Assembly (NCBI RefSeq): GCF_009834535.1
Contig: NC_045724.1
Coordinates: 23,560,001 to 23,624,000 of the forward strand
Reading direction: 5' to 3'
Source of the DNA: Camelus ferus
Taxonomy: Eukaryota
Length of the DNA: 64,000 bases
This document shows, one piece after another, positions 27,835 to 38,830 of the stretch (its first letter is position 1; every line of letters begins with the position of its first letter). The notes under the pieces were generated by a model, which saw only the letters and a program-made list of their open reading frames with translations, searched no databases and was not told the origin of the DNA. The position numbers and the translations under genes are program-made.

Positions 27835-28907
27835 TTTGTGTTACAGTATCATGCAGTTTCAGGTGTACAGCAAAGTGATTCAGTTATATATAAATATTTT
27901 CAGATAATCTTCCATAATAGTTTATTACACGATATGGAATATAGTTCCCTGTTCCATATAGTAAATGCTTGTTGCTTATCTATTTTGTTTAGTAGTTTGT
28001 GTCTGTGGATCCGATAAATCTAATTTTTCCACCCCACCACTCCCTTTCCCCTTTGGTAACCATAAGTTTGTTTTCTGTGAGTCTGTCTCTGTTTTGTGTA
28101 TAGATTTGTATTATTTTTTATATTCCACATGTGAGTGATATCATGTAACATTTGTCTTTGTCTTTGTCTGACTTACTTCACTTAGTATGATCATTTCTAG
28201 GTCCATCCATGTTGCTGCAAATGGTGGTATTTCATTTTTTTTAGTATTTTATTATTTTTTATAGCTGAGTAATATTCATTGTGTGTGTGTATGTCTGTAT
28301 GTGTGTGTGTGTATGTGTGTGTGTGTGTATGTATATATCTCTCACACCTTTCTTAAACTAATCATCTGCTGATGGATACTTAGGTTGCTTCCATGTCTTG
28401 GCTGTTGTAAATAGTGCTGCTATGAGTATTGGGGTGCAGGTATCTTTTCCAATTAGAGCTTTTACCTTTTCCGGATAAATGCCCATGAGTGAAATTTGCT
28501 GGATCATAATGTAACTCTATTTTTAGTTTTTAAAGAATCTATACTGTTTCCAGTTTACATTCGTACCAACAGTGTAGGAGGGTTCCCTTTTCTCCACACC
28601 CTCTCCAGCATTTATCATATGTAGACTTTTTGACGATGGCCATTCTGACCGGTATGAGGTGGTAACTCACTGTAGTTTTGATTCGCATTTCTCTCATAAT
28701 TAGTGACGTTGAGCGTATCTTCACGTGCCTGCTGGCCATCTGGATGTTTTCTTAGGAGAAATGTCTGTTTAGGTCTCCTGCCCATTTTTGATTGCTTTTT
28801 TGTATTGAGCTGTATGTTATTTGTTTATATGGGTATTAACCCCTTGTCAGTTTGCAAATATTTTCTCCCATTCTGTAGGTTGTCTTTTTGTTTGATGATG
28901 GTTTCCT
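27835..28907 (-). mobile_element. L1 3' end (~1.1 kb) including the degenerate ORF2 C-terminal Cys-rich segment and an internal (TG)n/(TA)n tract
   Basis: Minus-strand ORF 28539-28739 (...[37 protein letters not shown]) is L1 ORF2p C-terminus; the adjoining sequence is L1 3'UTR. Confidence 0.93.
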
Positions 28908-29599
28908 AAGGTCACTTTTGTCGGTGAAATACTGCATTAGCCGAAGCACCTCGTCCATTTCCTAAGTTCTTGCTGGCAACTTTGGTGTTGCCTCCAGGGC
29001 TATGTATTTTGGTATCAGATTTCTATGCCATGTATTCGTTTCACCCCATAAGGCATGGCGTCCCTAGGTCAGCAGCCATTCCCCTCACTAGTGTGCGGCC
29101 ATGTCAAGTCTGCTGCTTCTTGGAGCTTCCACTCCAGGCCACACTCTGCATCCCAGCCCAGGCTGCACGACACCTGTTCCTTGTCAGACACAGGCGTGGT
29201 GCCGAGAGCCGGAAGATGAACACAACAGATCAAAGTAGAATGTTTTGTGGTGCTTGAGAGATTTGAAACTATCCTCTAAAATTAACTGCTTCTTATGGAA
29301 CATAATCAAAAAATAGAGACAGCCAGGGAACGTTGGCTCCACCTGTGAGACTGAGTCATAGGATTAACAACGCTCCTCTCCTTTCAATGATAACGTTTTT
29401 AGCTTAAATGTACTTTATATTAACACGACTCTATTCCAGCATATTAATTAACACGACTCCAGGCCCAAATAAAATTGAAATCAACTCAAAATAAAACAGC
29501 TCAGTCATAGTAAATGAATGTTCTAACCTTCACATCTCAGAAGGACAATACTGACACATTCTAGGATGGACACATAATTTTTACAGTAATAACATGAAC

Positions 29600-29800
29600 G
29601 CACAGGGCACTTGGCTATCGAGTAGCTTATACGTGTCCCACGCTGTGCTTGGCATTTTATCTGTTCCACTCATCATCACAAATACCCTACAAAGTAAGAT
29701 CTCACCCCATTTTCTGGACAGCTTCTAGGCAGACAGACTGAATGCCTTGGAGAACCTGAGACTCAGGAGAGGCTGGCAGTGGCAGGGGAGAACTCACAGT
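29600..29800 (-). mobile_element. MIR SINE
   Basis: cacgctgtgcttggcattttat...accctacaaagtaagatctcaccccattttc resembles antisense MIR. Confidence 0.6.
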
Positions 29801-30664
29801 CCTCGCCCTCTCGTTCCAAAGCTTGTAGGCTTTTCTCTACCCGGAATGATTATCGATATTTCTGTCCTTAGAACTATGATCTCTTGTTATCTTTAATAAA
29901 ATTCTGGACCAACTCTTGCCTATGAGATGGCCAGCTGTAAAGCTGTCCTGGCTTATATGAGACTGGGGCTCGGGGGTGGAGGGCCAGAGGCTGGCCTGAG
30001 ACCCTTGGAGGATGCCGGCGCCTTCAGGATGTTGGGAAGCACCACTCTGTGCCCTTCTGTTCCAGGTGTGGCACCTGGGCACGTGGAGCCAGTGACAGAC
30101 CCACCGAGCACAGGCCACCCCACCACGCAAACACCCGCAAGTTGAAAGAAACAGAAAAGGGAGCAATGGGTCCTGCAGACACGGTCCAGGTCTGACCTGG
30201 AGTGACTCACCTGTTCAGTTTTAGGCTCTAGAATTTAAAAAGGGATTTCAGAGGGAAGAGTCGTAAAAGCGACTGAAAGGGGAGAGGGCAGGAGATAGTA
30301 GCAGAGAAAAGGGATTTGAAATGACTGAGCCAGAGAAACACAGACCAGGGCATGTTCGACCCAGGATGGGCATCAGGCTCCCTTCTCCCTGAATCCAGAA
30401 TGACAGAGACGTCATTTCACACTGGAACAACTCCATCTGAGCAGGGAGCATGACCAGGCTCATGGGTTCTTCAGGCAAACAGTTTCTTTACATTGAGAAA
30501 TTTAAAAGCAAGAAGCAAAAATGTATAACTAGGTTTGGAGACGGTCTTGAAGGCATCCTCCGCATCTCTGCTTCCACCGGGCACTGAGGCGAGCGCGTTA
30601 AGACCCTGGAAAGCACCACCAGTGTCACACCCAAGGCCCTCGAGGGCAGAGACCCAGGCCCTGG

Positions 30665-30895
30665 GGGCACGTGGGTCAGGGTTCGAATTCCAGGTTGCTC
30701 ACCTCCTAACTGCTTGCTTTTGTGCACGTTATTCAGCTGTTTCAAGTACCAATTTACTAATATGTTAAACAGAGGAGTTAGTAGGACCTCCCTTATTAGG
30801 TTTCCGTGAGAATAAAACAGGAAACTCTATCGATGGCATGATTTAGGATCTCGGCCACAGAAAAGCACCTAATACCAGCAGTTATTATTATTATC
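30665..30895 (+). mobile_element. MIR SINE, near full length
   Basis: B-box-like gggttcgaattccagg, core (gacctcccttattaggtttccgtgagaataaa) and ttattattatt tail. Confidence 0.75.
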
Positions 30896-32676
30896 AGTTT
30901 CCTTTTTACTGTTATTGATAGGTACGCAAAGGACGAGGCAAGTGCTGTGTATGATCCGAGATTAGCTGGATCGTGTTTTCAGTGTCTGCGAGGCTGCTTT
31001 GATATAAAGAAATTGAAAATAAGAAAAATTTGCTTCATGCATACATTCTTTTATGAAGATAAGAAATGATCTAGACATTGGGGAAAAAAAACTCATCTAC
31101 ACGGGTTCCTTAAACGAAATGGTCTTGATGAGCCTTTTGTCAAGGCAACTGCGAATAATCCGAGGACTGAGAATATTGCCATCGTGAGGCTATGGCTTCT
31201 TGGCTGGAGTGGTTTTACACACCATTTAAGAATATTTTAGTTTGGGCTGTTAAGTAAAGCTTAAGGAAATGTAGTTTTTCCATAGACGAATTCCTAGACA
31301 TGAGTCTAAATTACTATATTGAAAACAATGTGTAACTTTAAAGCAGTTGGAACGGGTTTCATTTTACCATATAGACCAGAATTTATATTCCCGAAATGAG
31401 TGTTGCATTCAAAGGAGTCACCTTGGGAGGTTACAAACTTATTTTATCATTGCTCCCAGGGTTCAAAAGATTTTGGAAACTCCTCTTAGAACCGCACTCA
31501 GCAAAAGTTTATGAGCCACATTAGCAAATCAATCTTGTTACATTGTTTTCACACCTCATTCTTTTCCCCAAACATCACCCAGATACAACCCACAGTCTTG
31601 GCTTCAAGTGACTCTTAGCCGTTTCCAAAAATCAAATTCACCATCAAAAGACAAAGTGCTGTCTAAGGATATGTAAAATGGTGTCCCGCAGGGCCTGAAG
31701 AGAATCCTATCGGGAAGTTCCCAAATATTCCAAGGAAAAGCAGCTTTATTGAAATAAAGCATACAGCTTCTCAGGAGCGCCAGGGTGGAAGGAGACAACA
31801 CTTGGATGAGTATGTTCAGTAAAAGTCATCAGACCCATAACTTGAAGGTCATATATCAAATATGAGAATTTTGTCTCTACCTTGAGCTGGGATGCCCAAA
31901 CTTACAGAGGACAATGGAAACTTCTTTTTAATGTACAGTATAGGACAATATTGAACTAAATTATGTAAGTTCTCTGTTGCCATGACCATAGGAAAGAAAC
32001 ACAATTCTCCGTTCACTTAAAGGATAGTCAATCTGAAACAAAAGAAATGATTTCTTTATACAGGATGAGGTAACTTCTAGAACTCACACCATGGAGAGCT
32101 ATTGAGATAAATATTGGGTCTGAATTTGAAAATAGGATGGGTCGTTTTATGACTATTAACATAAAATTTGCAGCTCTGTAAGCCCAGATTGTGATTTAAA
32201 GATAATAAAATCTCATGCTTCAAGGTGTAAGTTAATCACCTGCAAGGACCAGGAAGAATTTTCCTTCCAGAAGTAACAATGCACAATTGAGTAGGTGCAT
32301 AAATTCTGTTTAATTTCCAGTGCATCAAGTATTGGTCAGTGCTGGAAACAAGAATCAAATTAGATGGACTATTAATCTGATGTGGTCCAGCAACTCCTGT
32401 ATTGTTGCTTCCACTGAGTTTTATGTCTTGTGTTTATACTTTGCTATTTTAAATAACAATTGCTTTGGCAATGTTTCATTTTTATAGCACTGATCCCAGA
32501 ATGGGAGCATTTATACACTATGCAGTATTATCTCCATTATACAAAGTAAATGGGATTGAAACTATCTCAGACAATCGACAACTTGGTTAATAAGAAATAT
32601 CTTAATGTTTGTAGAGTTGCATCCTTTGTGAAAGACTACTGAAAAGACCCAAAATGTCTCTATTGCTCCACCTCCC

Positions 32677-32677
<1 letters not shown>

Positions 32678-32721
<44 letters not shown>
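32678..32721. repeat. (AC)22 microsatellite
   Basis: Perfect dinucleotide run read directly. Confidence 0.97.
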
Positions 32722-32722
<1 letters not shown>

Positions 32723-33619
32723 ATTTGCTTACAGAAAACATCTTTTAGAATCAGTGGTCCAAAAGAAAACAGGACATAGAACTTATTCATAAACCAATAG
32801 CAAGTTACAAGTTCATCCCATGAACATACCACATTTGAGGGCTGATTTTCAGTTGTGGATACACTAAGATCACGTTTGAAAGGTGACCGCCACAACACAC
32901 ACACCACTAAATAAAAGTAGTTAATGTGTTTGAAATTAGAAACAAATTTAAATTATTTAGTCTATATGAGAAAATAGTTCTAATTTCTGAATTGAAAGTG
33001 TAGAGATCTTCATGTACACTATCATTATTGGCAAGACAATAGGCTTACTTTCATAGTTTAATTGGAAGAAAATGACACTGAGAGTACATTAAACTTGTGA
33101 TTTCTTCATACTCCCATTCAATCAGATTATGAATTCATGTGACTTTGCTATGGAAAATGAACTTGTTTTACCAATCTTCCAAAACAATAAAAATAGCTCT
33201 GTAATTAATAGGTGGTCTATTGTATTAGACTGATTAAGAATTAATCAGAAGTGAAGCCAGAAGTAGGTTTTTTCCCATCTAAATGAGTGGATCTTTATGT
33301 AAAGATACAAATTCTCAAAATACAGGTGAAACACAATAAAGCTTCCCTGCTGCCTGCCATCCACCCAAGAGCCAGTGGGGAACCAAGCACACGGTACCAT
33401 ACCAAAGGAAAACTTAAGGGTTATAATTTAGTGTTTTTTTTTTTTTCTGGAAAGGTGTGGTTCATGATGAGAGTAGAGAAGAGAGTGGAGATCAATCTGA
33501 TATTCTGTAGGTTTTCAAAGATTTCAGATCTTTCCTCATCCCTTAGGAAGAGGAATGGCATGTCTTAGCAGGGACCACAGCAAGGGCAACACTGACTGCC
33601 TGCAGTATTGTTCAAGAAC

Positions 33620-33710
33620 ACTCATTCAGTCATTTAACAAACATGTCAGTCTTTGTGCTCCTGCACTGTGCCAGGAGCATGGGACACCGAGATTCTAGTC
33701 CCAACCTTAA
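33620..33710 (-). mobile_element. L2 3'-end fragment
   Basis: cattcagtcatttaacaaacatg...ctgcactgtgccagg. Confidence 0.6.
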
Positions 33711-34298
33711 AAAAAAAAAAATCTTTTCTGGTGACGCAGGAATCATGGTGAAGAGACGATGCACTGCAGGTGCATCTGGTAGCTATCTGGTCACTGTGTA
33801 GTCGTTCTTTGGCTGTATGAAGTTGATGCAGAATGTGACTAACTATGACATTAGCCCTTCTGCAATAGGTCAAAGAAGAAGGAACGCAAACCCAATGAAA
33901 ATGCTTTCCCGCATGACTTACAGATACACAGCAAGCACGTAATCTTCTTGGCATATATGGAGTGATTTTTGAGGCATATCACTGCAGTACATGTTATTCT
34001 GCTGTAGAACTAGTCACTGTTTACACAGCCTGAGTTAACCTGTTTGACCTTTTCCTTGAATTGTTCACCGCTCTGCACATCAACAATAAGAATTTTTAAG
34101 CAGAAGCAAAAAAAAAAAATCGACTTCAGATTTTTTCTTTTTGTTTAATCAAAAGCACTACATTTAATAAAGCTTCTTAAGTCGAAAGCCTCCCCTTGAA
34201 AATTTTTGTAAACAATTTTGGACATTTTTCATGTCAGTGCAAAAGACAGGGAGTCTGAATGCCCATTACTATTTCAGAAAGCTGCATCAATACTGTCA

Positions 34299-34535
34299 GA
34301 GTTTGCAATTAACAGATCACACACCACTGTATATAAAATAGATAAACAACAAGGACCTACTGTAGAGTGCAGGGAACTATATTCAATTTCTTGTAATAAG
34401 CTATAAAGGAAAAAAATCTGAAAATACATATAAATACATAGGTATATATATGTATAACTGAATCACTTTGCTGTACACCTGAAACCAACACTATAAATCA
34501 ACTACACTTCAATTTAAAAAATTAAATTAAAAAAA
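34299..34535 (+). mobile_element. 5'-truncated L1 3'UTR with A-rich tail and probable target-site duplication
   Basis: aaaatagataaacaacaaggacctactgtagagtgcagggaactatattcaat...actgaatcactttgctgtacacctgaaac. Flanks aatactgtcagag (34289-34301) and aatactgactcagag (34534-34548) differ by a 2-bp indel. Confidence 0.92.
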
Positions 34536-35769
34536 TACTGACTCAGAGAAAAAGGAGAGGATTCTTTGGGGTACACCTTACTATCTGTTCTACGTGGAGG
34601 AGTCAGTCTCGCAGGACCCCAGGTCTCCATGGTTTGGCAGATTCTTCCAGATGTCAGTCATGTCCTTTCTGTGGAGACAGCAGAGGAGGCTACGAGCCCG
34701 TCCACCACAGCCTGGCCACCTCCGGTCAGCACACAGAGGCTGCACCGTTCTTGCTATGGCTCTCACTTAATTGTCCTCCTCTGTGGGAGGAAATGAATCG
34801 CGTGGCCAGCAGTGCTGCAGGCTGGCTGGTGAGATGAAGTTCCGCGTGGAGTTTCATGTCATCGTGGTGATGAACCAGAGTCCCTAAGTACCTGTCTGTC
34901 CGCAGTTCCGCACGGAGACGGAGCAGGGGGAGTTCGGGCAGGCCCTGCGGTGCTGAGTAACCAGAAACTCATGTTGGTTTATCAGCGGAAGAAGCACGAC
35001 TTTGAGGTCACAGAATCAGGGCAGGGATCCATCCTCGAGACCTCGTTTTGACAAAGCGACCTTTCTCCTCCAGAAGGACATGTTAGCATTTTCCCTCCCC
35101 AGCTGCTCTCCCCCTTCACCATTTGTTTATCAGCCCCTTCCTCTCAGCAGAAGTAGGAGGGAGGTTCATGCCCAAGAAGAAATGCCTCCGGGCCAATTCC
35201 TGCTGCTTCTCAGCTCCCACTGACAGGCCTCGTTTTTAAGTCAATTACACGATTATTAGGTAAGGCAGTGTGCAGGTGTGAAAAAAGTTAGGGCAAAATT
35301 ACATTAATTTATGATGGAGTCTCAGATTTCTAAGAGAGCTTATTTTTATCCAGTTCATTATTGAGGACAATTCATCACCAACTTCTTTTAAAAAAATCAA
35401 GCTGAGTTCTATGGTTACTTTGAAGGTATATTAACATGGTCTTATCTGACTTCAGAAAGCTACTTTAGAACTCTTTTCTTTCTCATCTAGTTCCATCAAC
35501 CAGCTTTGTTTTCTTTGTTCAAATAGCTAGGCCAAGCCTCTTTGAAAATATAAAGGGTAAAAATTAAAAACTAAACACACAATCGAAGAACTCCAGAATA
35601 GAATTCCCTTCCAAGTGAGCTGCTCCGGCAGCCCCTGCTAGGGTACTGACGGCATCCACCCCACCTCTTATCTTATTATCTTTCTTGGGATGATGACAAA
35701 AGTCACCAAGTTAGAGCTTAGCATTTAAGCAAAGGGGGAAAAAATGTCGCCAAACATTGTTTTAGATTT

Positions 35770-36490
35770 CACCGAAGAGAATGCGCTCCGTCAGGTGCGC
35801 GTGGTCACGCGGCAAACAACGGCGGAGGAGCTGCTGAGGGTCAGGGACGGCTGGTCCCGGTGCAAGTCCGGGAGCGGCTCCCGGAGCCTCTCCGAGCAGG
35901 AGGCACCGCGCGTGCGTCTCTGACCCCCGTCTGTTTCCCCCGCAGAGCTACAGCGAGCCCGTGGACGTGAAGGCGTCGCAGCCGCCGCCGCTGGTCAACT
36001 CCAAGCCCCCGGCCGTGTTCCCGGGGCCCAGCCAGGCCCACTCAGCTCTGTACCTAAGCTCCCACTACCACCAGCAGCCCGGAATGAGCCCTCACCTCAC
36101 CGCCATGCACCCCAGCCTCCCCAGGAGCATAGCCCCCAAGGCCAGTAACCAGATGCCAGTGACTGTGTCTATAGCGAACATGGCCGTGTCCCCCCCTCCC
36201 CCGCTGCAGATCAGCCCGCCTCTGCACCAGCATCTCAACCTGCAGCCGCACCAGCCGCTCAGCATGCAGCAGCCCCTCGGGAACCAGCTCCCCATGCAGG
36301 TCCAGCCCGCCTTACACTCCCCGACCCTGCAGCAGGTACGTGCCAGGCGCCGGGGGTCTGCTCACCGGTGGGCTGGGCCGGTGTCTTCTGTCCTTGTGTT
36401 TAAGTGGAGAGAGACCGGAAGGCATCGGCTTCCGGAGAGACTGCTCGGCAGGTGACGAGCAGGGCAGCTCGCACCACCGGCCCTCCGCCT
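35770..36490. promoter_or_regulatory. Intragenic CpG island over the exon 7 acceptor and exon 7
   Basis: Dense CpG and high GC by eye (gtgcgcgtggtcacgcggc, gcaccgcgcgtgcg). Observed/expected CpG not computed. Confidence 0.75.
35946..36335 (+). CDS. TOX: TOX exon (human exon 7 equivalent), 390 bp, phase 0/0: SYSEPVDVKASQPPP...ALHSPTLQQ (Pro/Gln/His-rich region)
   Basis: Branch-like CTGAC at 35920-35924; acceptor ctgtttccccgcag ending at 35945; donor CAG|gtacgt at 36336. Covered by ORF 35961-36455. Confidence 0.96.
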
Positions 36491-37279
36491 TCCGTCCTCC
36501 CCGGTTCCTTTACCAGGGTTCCCGTCTGCTTCGTCGTCCTCATCACCCTTCTTTCTGCTTCTTGAGTAAGGTTCCCTTGTTATTTGAGATGGCACTGATG
36601 CTAAAGATCTCTTCGGGGTTGAGAAGGCTATTTGAAATATCTATATATTGGAAATGAGGAAGTCTTGATTGATATGCCTGGTGAGTCCAATGAATGCTGC
36701 AGAATGAAAGCAGGCCCGTGGTTTATGGTCAGAAATACCGAATTTGGTACAACCTTAAGAGTCCTAAAGAAATGAAAATGATAACCAGAGTTCTATTTAA
36801 AAATGGGTATCTGGCTTCTACAGAGATGAGAAAACACAGGAGGTTTGGGAGCCTCCCTGTCCACTCCCCCAAGTATGGAAATCATTTGTGTAAAGTCTTA
36901 GCTTAAGTTTTATTTGAAATCAAGTTTTCCTTTTGGATTTTGATGTAATTTTTAAAATTGGAGACTAAGGAGCAAATGATGTAAACTGAACATAAAGCAT
37001 CAAAAAATCCTAAAAACTTGTTGTAAAAAAAATAGATCAAGGTAAAAACTATAAATCACATCAAATTAATCTATCACATTTATAATCCAATTACTCTGTT
37101 ATTCCCAGAGCTATAATTAAATATGCAAACATAGCCTTAGAGGAGGGACACCTGGCCCTCTGGAATTTGAGCCTGTGATTGGACTAGGGAGGGGTGGAGA
37201 GGGAGGCAGAAATAGGAATCAAACATACATAATCCCAAGTTCATTTTTATTATTATAGTTATAGACAGGATTTCCAAGA

Positions 37280-37495
37280 GGTGACAGTAACAAACCTTAA
37301 TACGTTACCTCACCTCATCTTTAATTTCGGAGCTTCACAGTGCAGGCCCTGGCAGCGTCTTCATTTCACAGGTGGGGAAGCGCAGGCTCAGCAGAGCTGA
37401 GTTATGTGTCCCTAAGGCCAGAGCTAGAATTCAAAGCCATCTCTCTTCAGAAATCAGAGCCTGGATTCTTAAACGCTAGACCTGCTGCCTCTGAC
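37280..37495 (-). mobile_element. MIR SINE
   Basis: catttcacaggtggggaagcgcaggctcagcagagctgagttatgtgtccctaagg...agctagaattcaaagcc. Confidence 0.7.
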
Positions 37496-38439
37496 TCAGT
37501 CATTTTTGTAGGTTCTCAGCAGTTTCCCACTAGAGGCCCTGTTGTCTCCTAAGAATTGGGAGGGTCTTTAAATCCTGGTTAGTTCTGAGGTTAAATGGTT
37601 GTGGAGAGCAGAGGACTTGTGTCTTGACCGAAGTCTTCACTGGTCCCTAAGCCAAGGATATCGATCAAGCTCAGACGACTTCCTTCCCCGGATCCAACAA
37701 CCTAGTTGTCGACCCACAAGGGAAGGAGACGGGGGAGACGCCAGCCTCCACCATCCTGCCTTATCTTCAGCGGTGTTTGTGACCAACAAGTTGATATTCA
37801 TAGAGTCAGATTTCCACGCTTTCCATCAGGCATAACTCATAATAAGAGGTACACTCTTGGATGCCCTTGTGTTTTGATGAAGCAGTAGTGTTTGAGTAAG
37901 GAATTGATAGTCTGAGTCGTGTGGGTTGACCCCCAGCTAAGGGTGCTGCCCGGCCGAGGGCCCGTGTTTGCTCACAGGGCTGTAGTTGAGGGACTGTTTC
38001 TTCCTGGAGAGAAGTAGACAGAAGGCACAGTCAGTCCCCTCCCCAAGCTGAGGGCCAGAGCTCTGTGCAGAGAGGGCACCTTTTTACTAATGTGTCCACG
38101 CAGACCGTTCCTTTTTCTGTTTGTCCTCACACCTTAGATGAGCTGCCTGTGAATTCAAACGCTGCAGGATGACAGGGCCACATGGGGAAGCCCGAGAGAT
38201 GCGTCTTTCCGAATAGAATCTTAACTGAATAGGAAAACATAGAACAGATCATACCGGACAAGCTATCCATCGATCTTTAAGTCCATTCCATTAGTGCGTC
38301 GCAGGAAGTGTTCTCGCTGAGGTGGTAGGGCCTGGTTTCAGTTCGCATTAATAGTGACATGTCACAAAATGACACGACCCCAAAACAGGGAGTAAATGCC
38401 GCTGCAGAGACTACGATGACTGAGATCACTTTCAACGAT

Positions 38440-38830
38440 GCCTTGATCCCGGTAGGCGGTCAGCAAAATAATGGTTGAAGGGACAAATGAACAAATGAGT
38501 GAATAAAAAATTGTAGTAGAAGTTGAAATATTAGAAGAAATTACAGGCTAGTTTGTGGAATCTCAAATCCTTGGAAGTTTTACAATTTTTTATTTATTAA
38601 AAAAAAAAAATTCATTGAACCTGAATGTGTTCCTGGCATTGTCCTGGCTCAGGAAAGTGAGTTCTGCCCCGCGGAGCTCACATCGGCCGGGGGGCAGTGG
38701 GGGAGGGGGCAGGTGGAAATAAGATAAACAGGTGCATTACTAGGATCCCACAGAAGTAAGAAACCAGGGGAGGAGCTGCAGGGCATGTGGAGGAACAGCC
38801 CCGGGATGGGCTGGGAGGGATAAAGGAGCC
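38440..38830. mobile_element. L2 fragments (a + strand tail near 38440-38510 and a - strand piece near 38605-38830)
   Basis: ggttgaagggacaaatgaacaaatgagtgaataaa, and attcattgaacctgaatgtgttcctggcattgtcctgg...ccgcggagctcaca. Confidence 0.55.

Noticed and set aside
36336-36455. Extension of exon 7 (VRARRRGSAH...LLGR*) as an alternative C-terminus
   Set aside because: It is simple read-through past a good GT donor, with no resemblance to TOX-family sequence and no other support.
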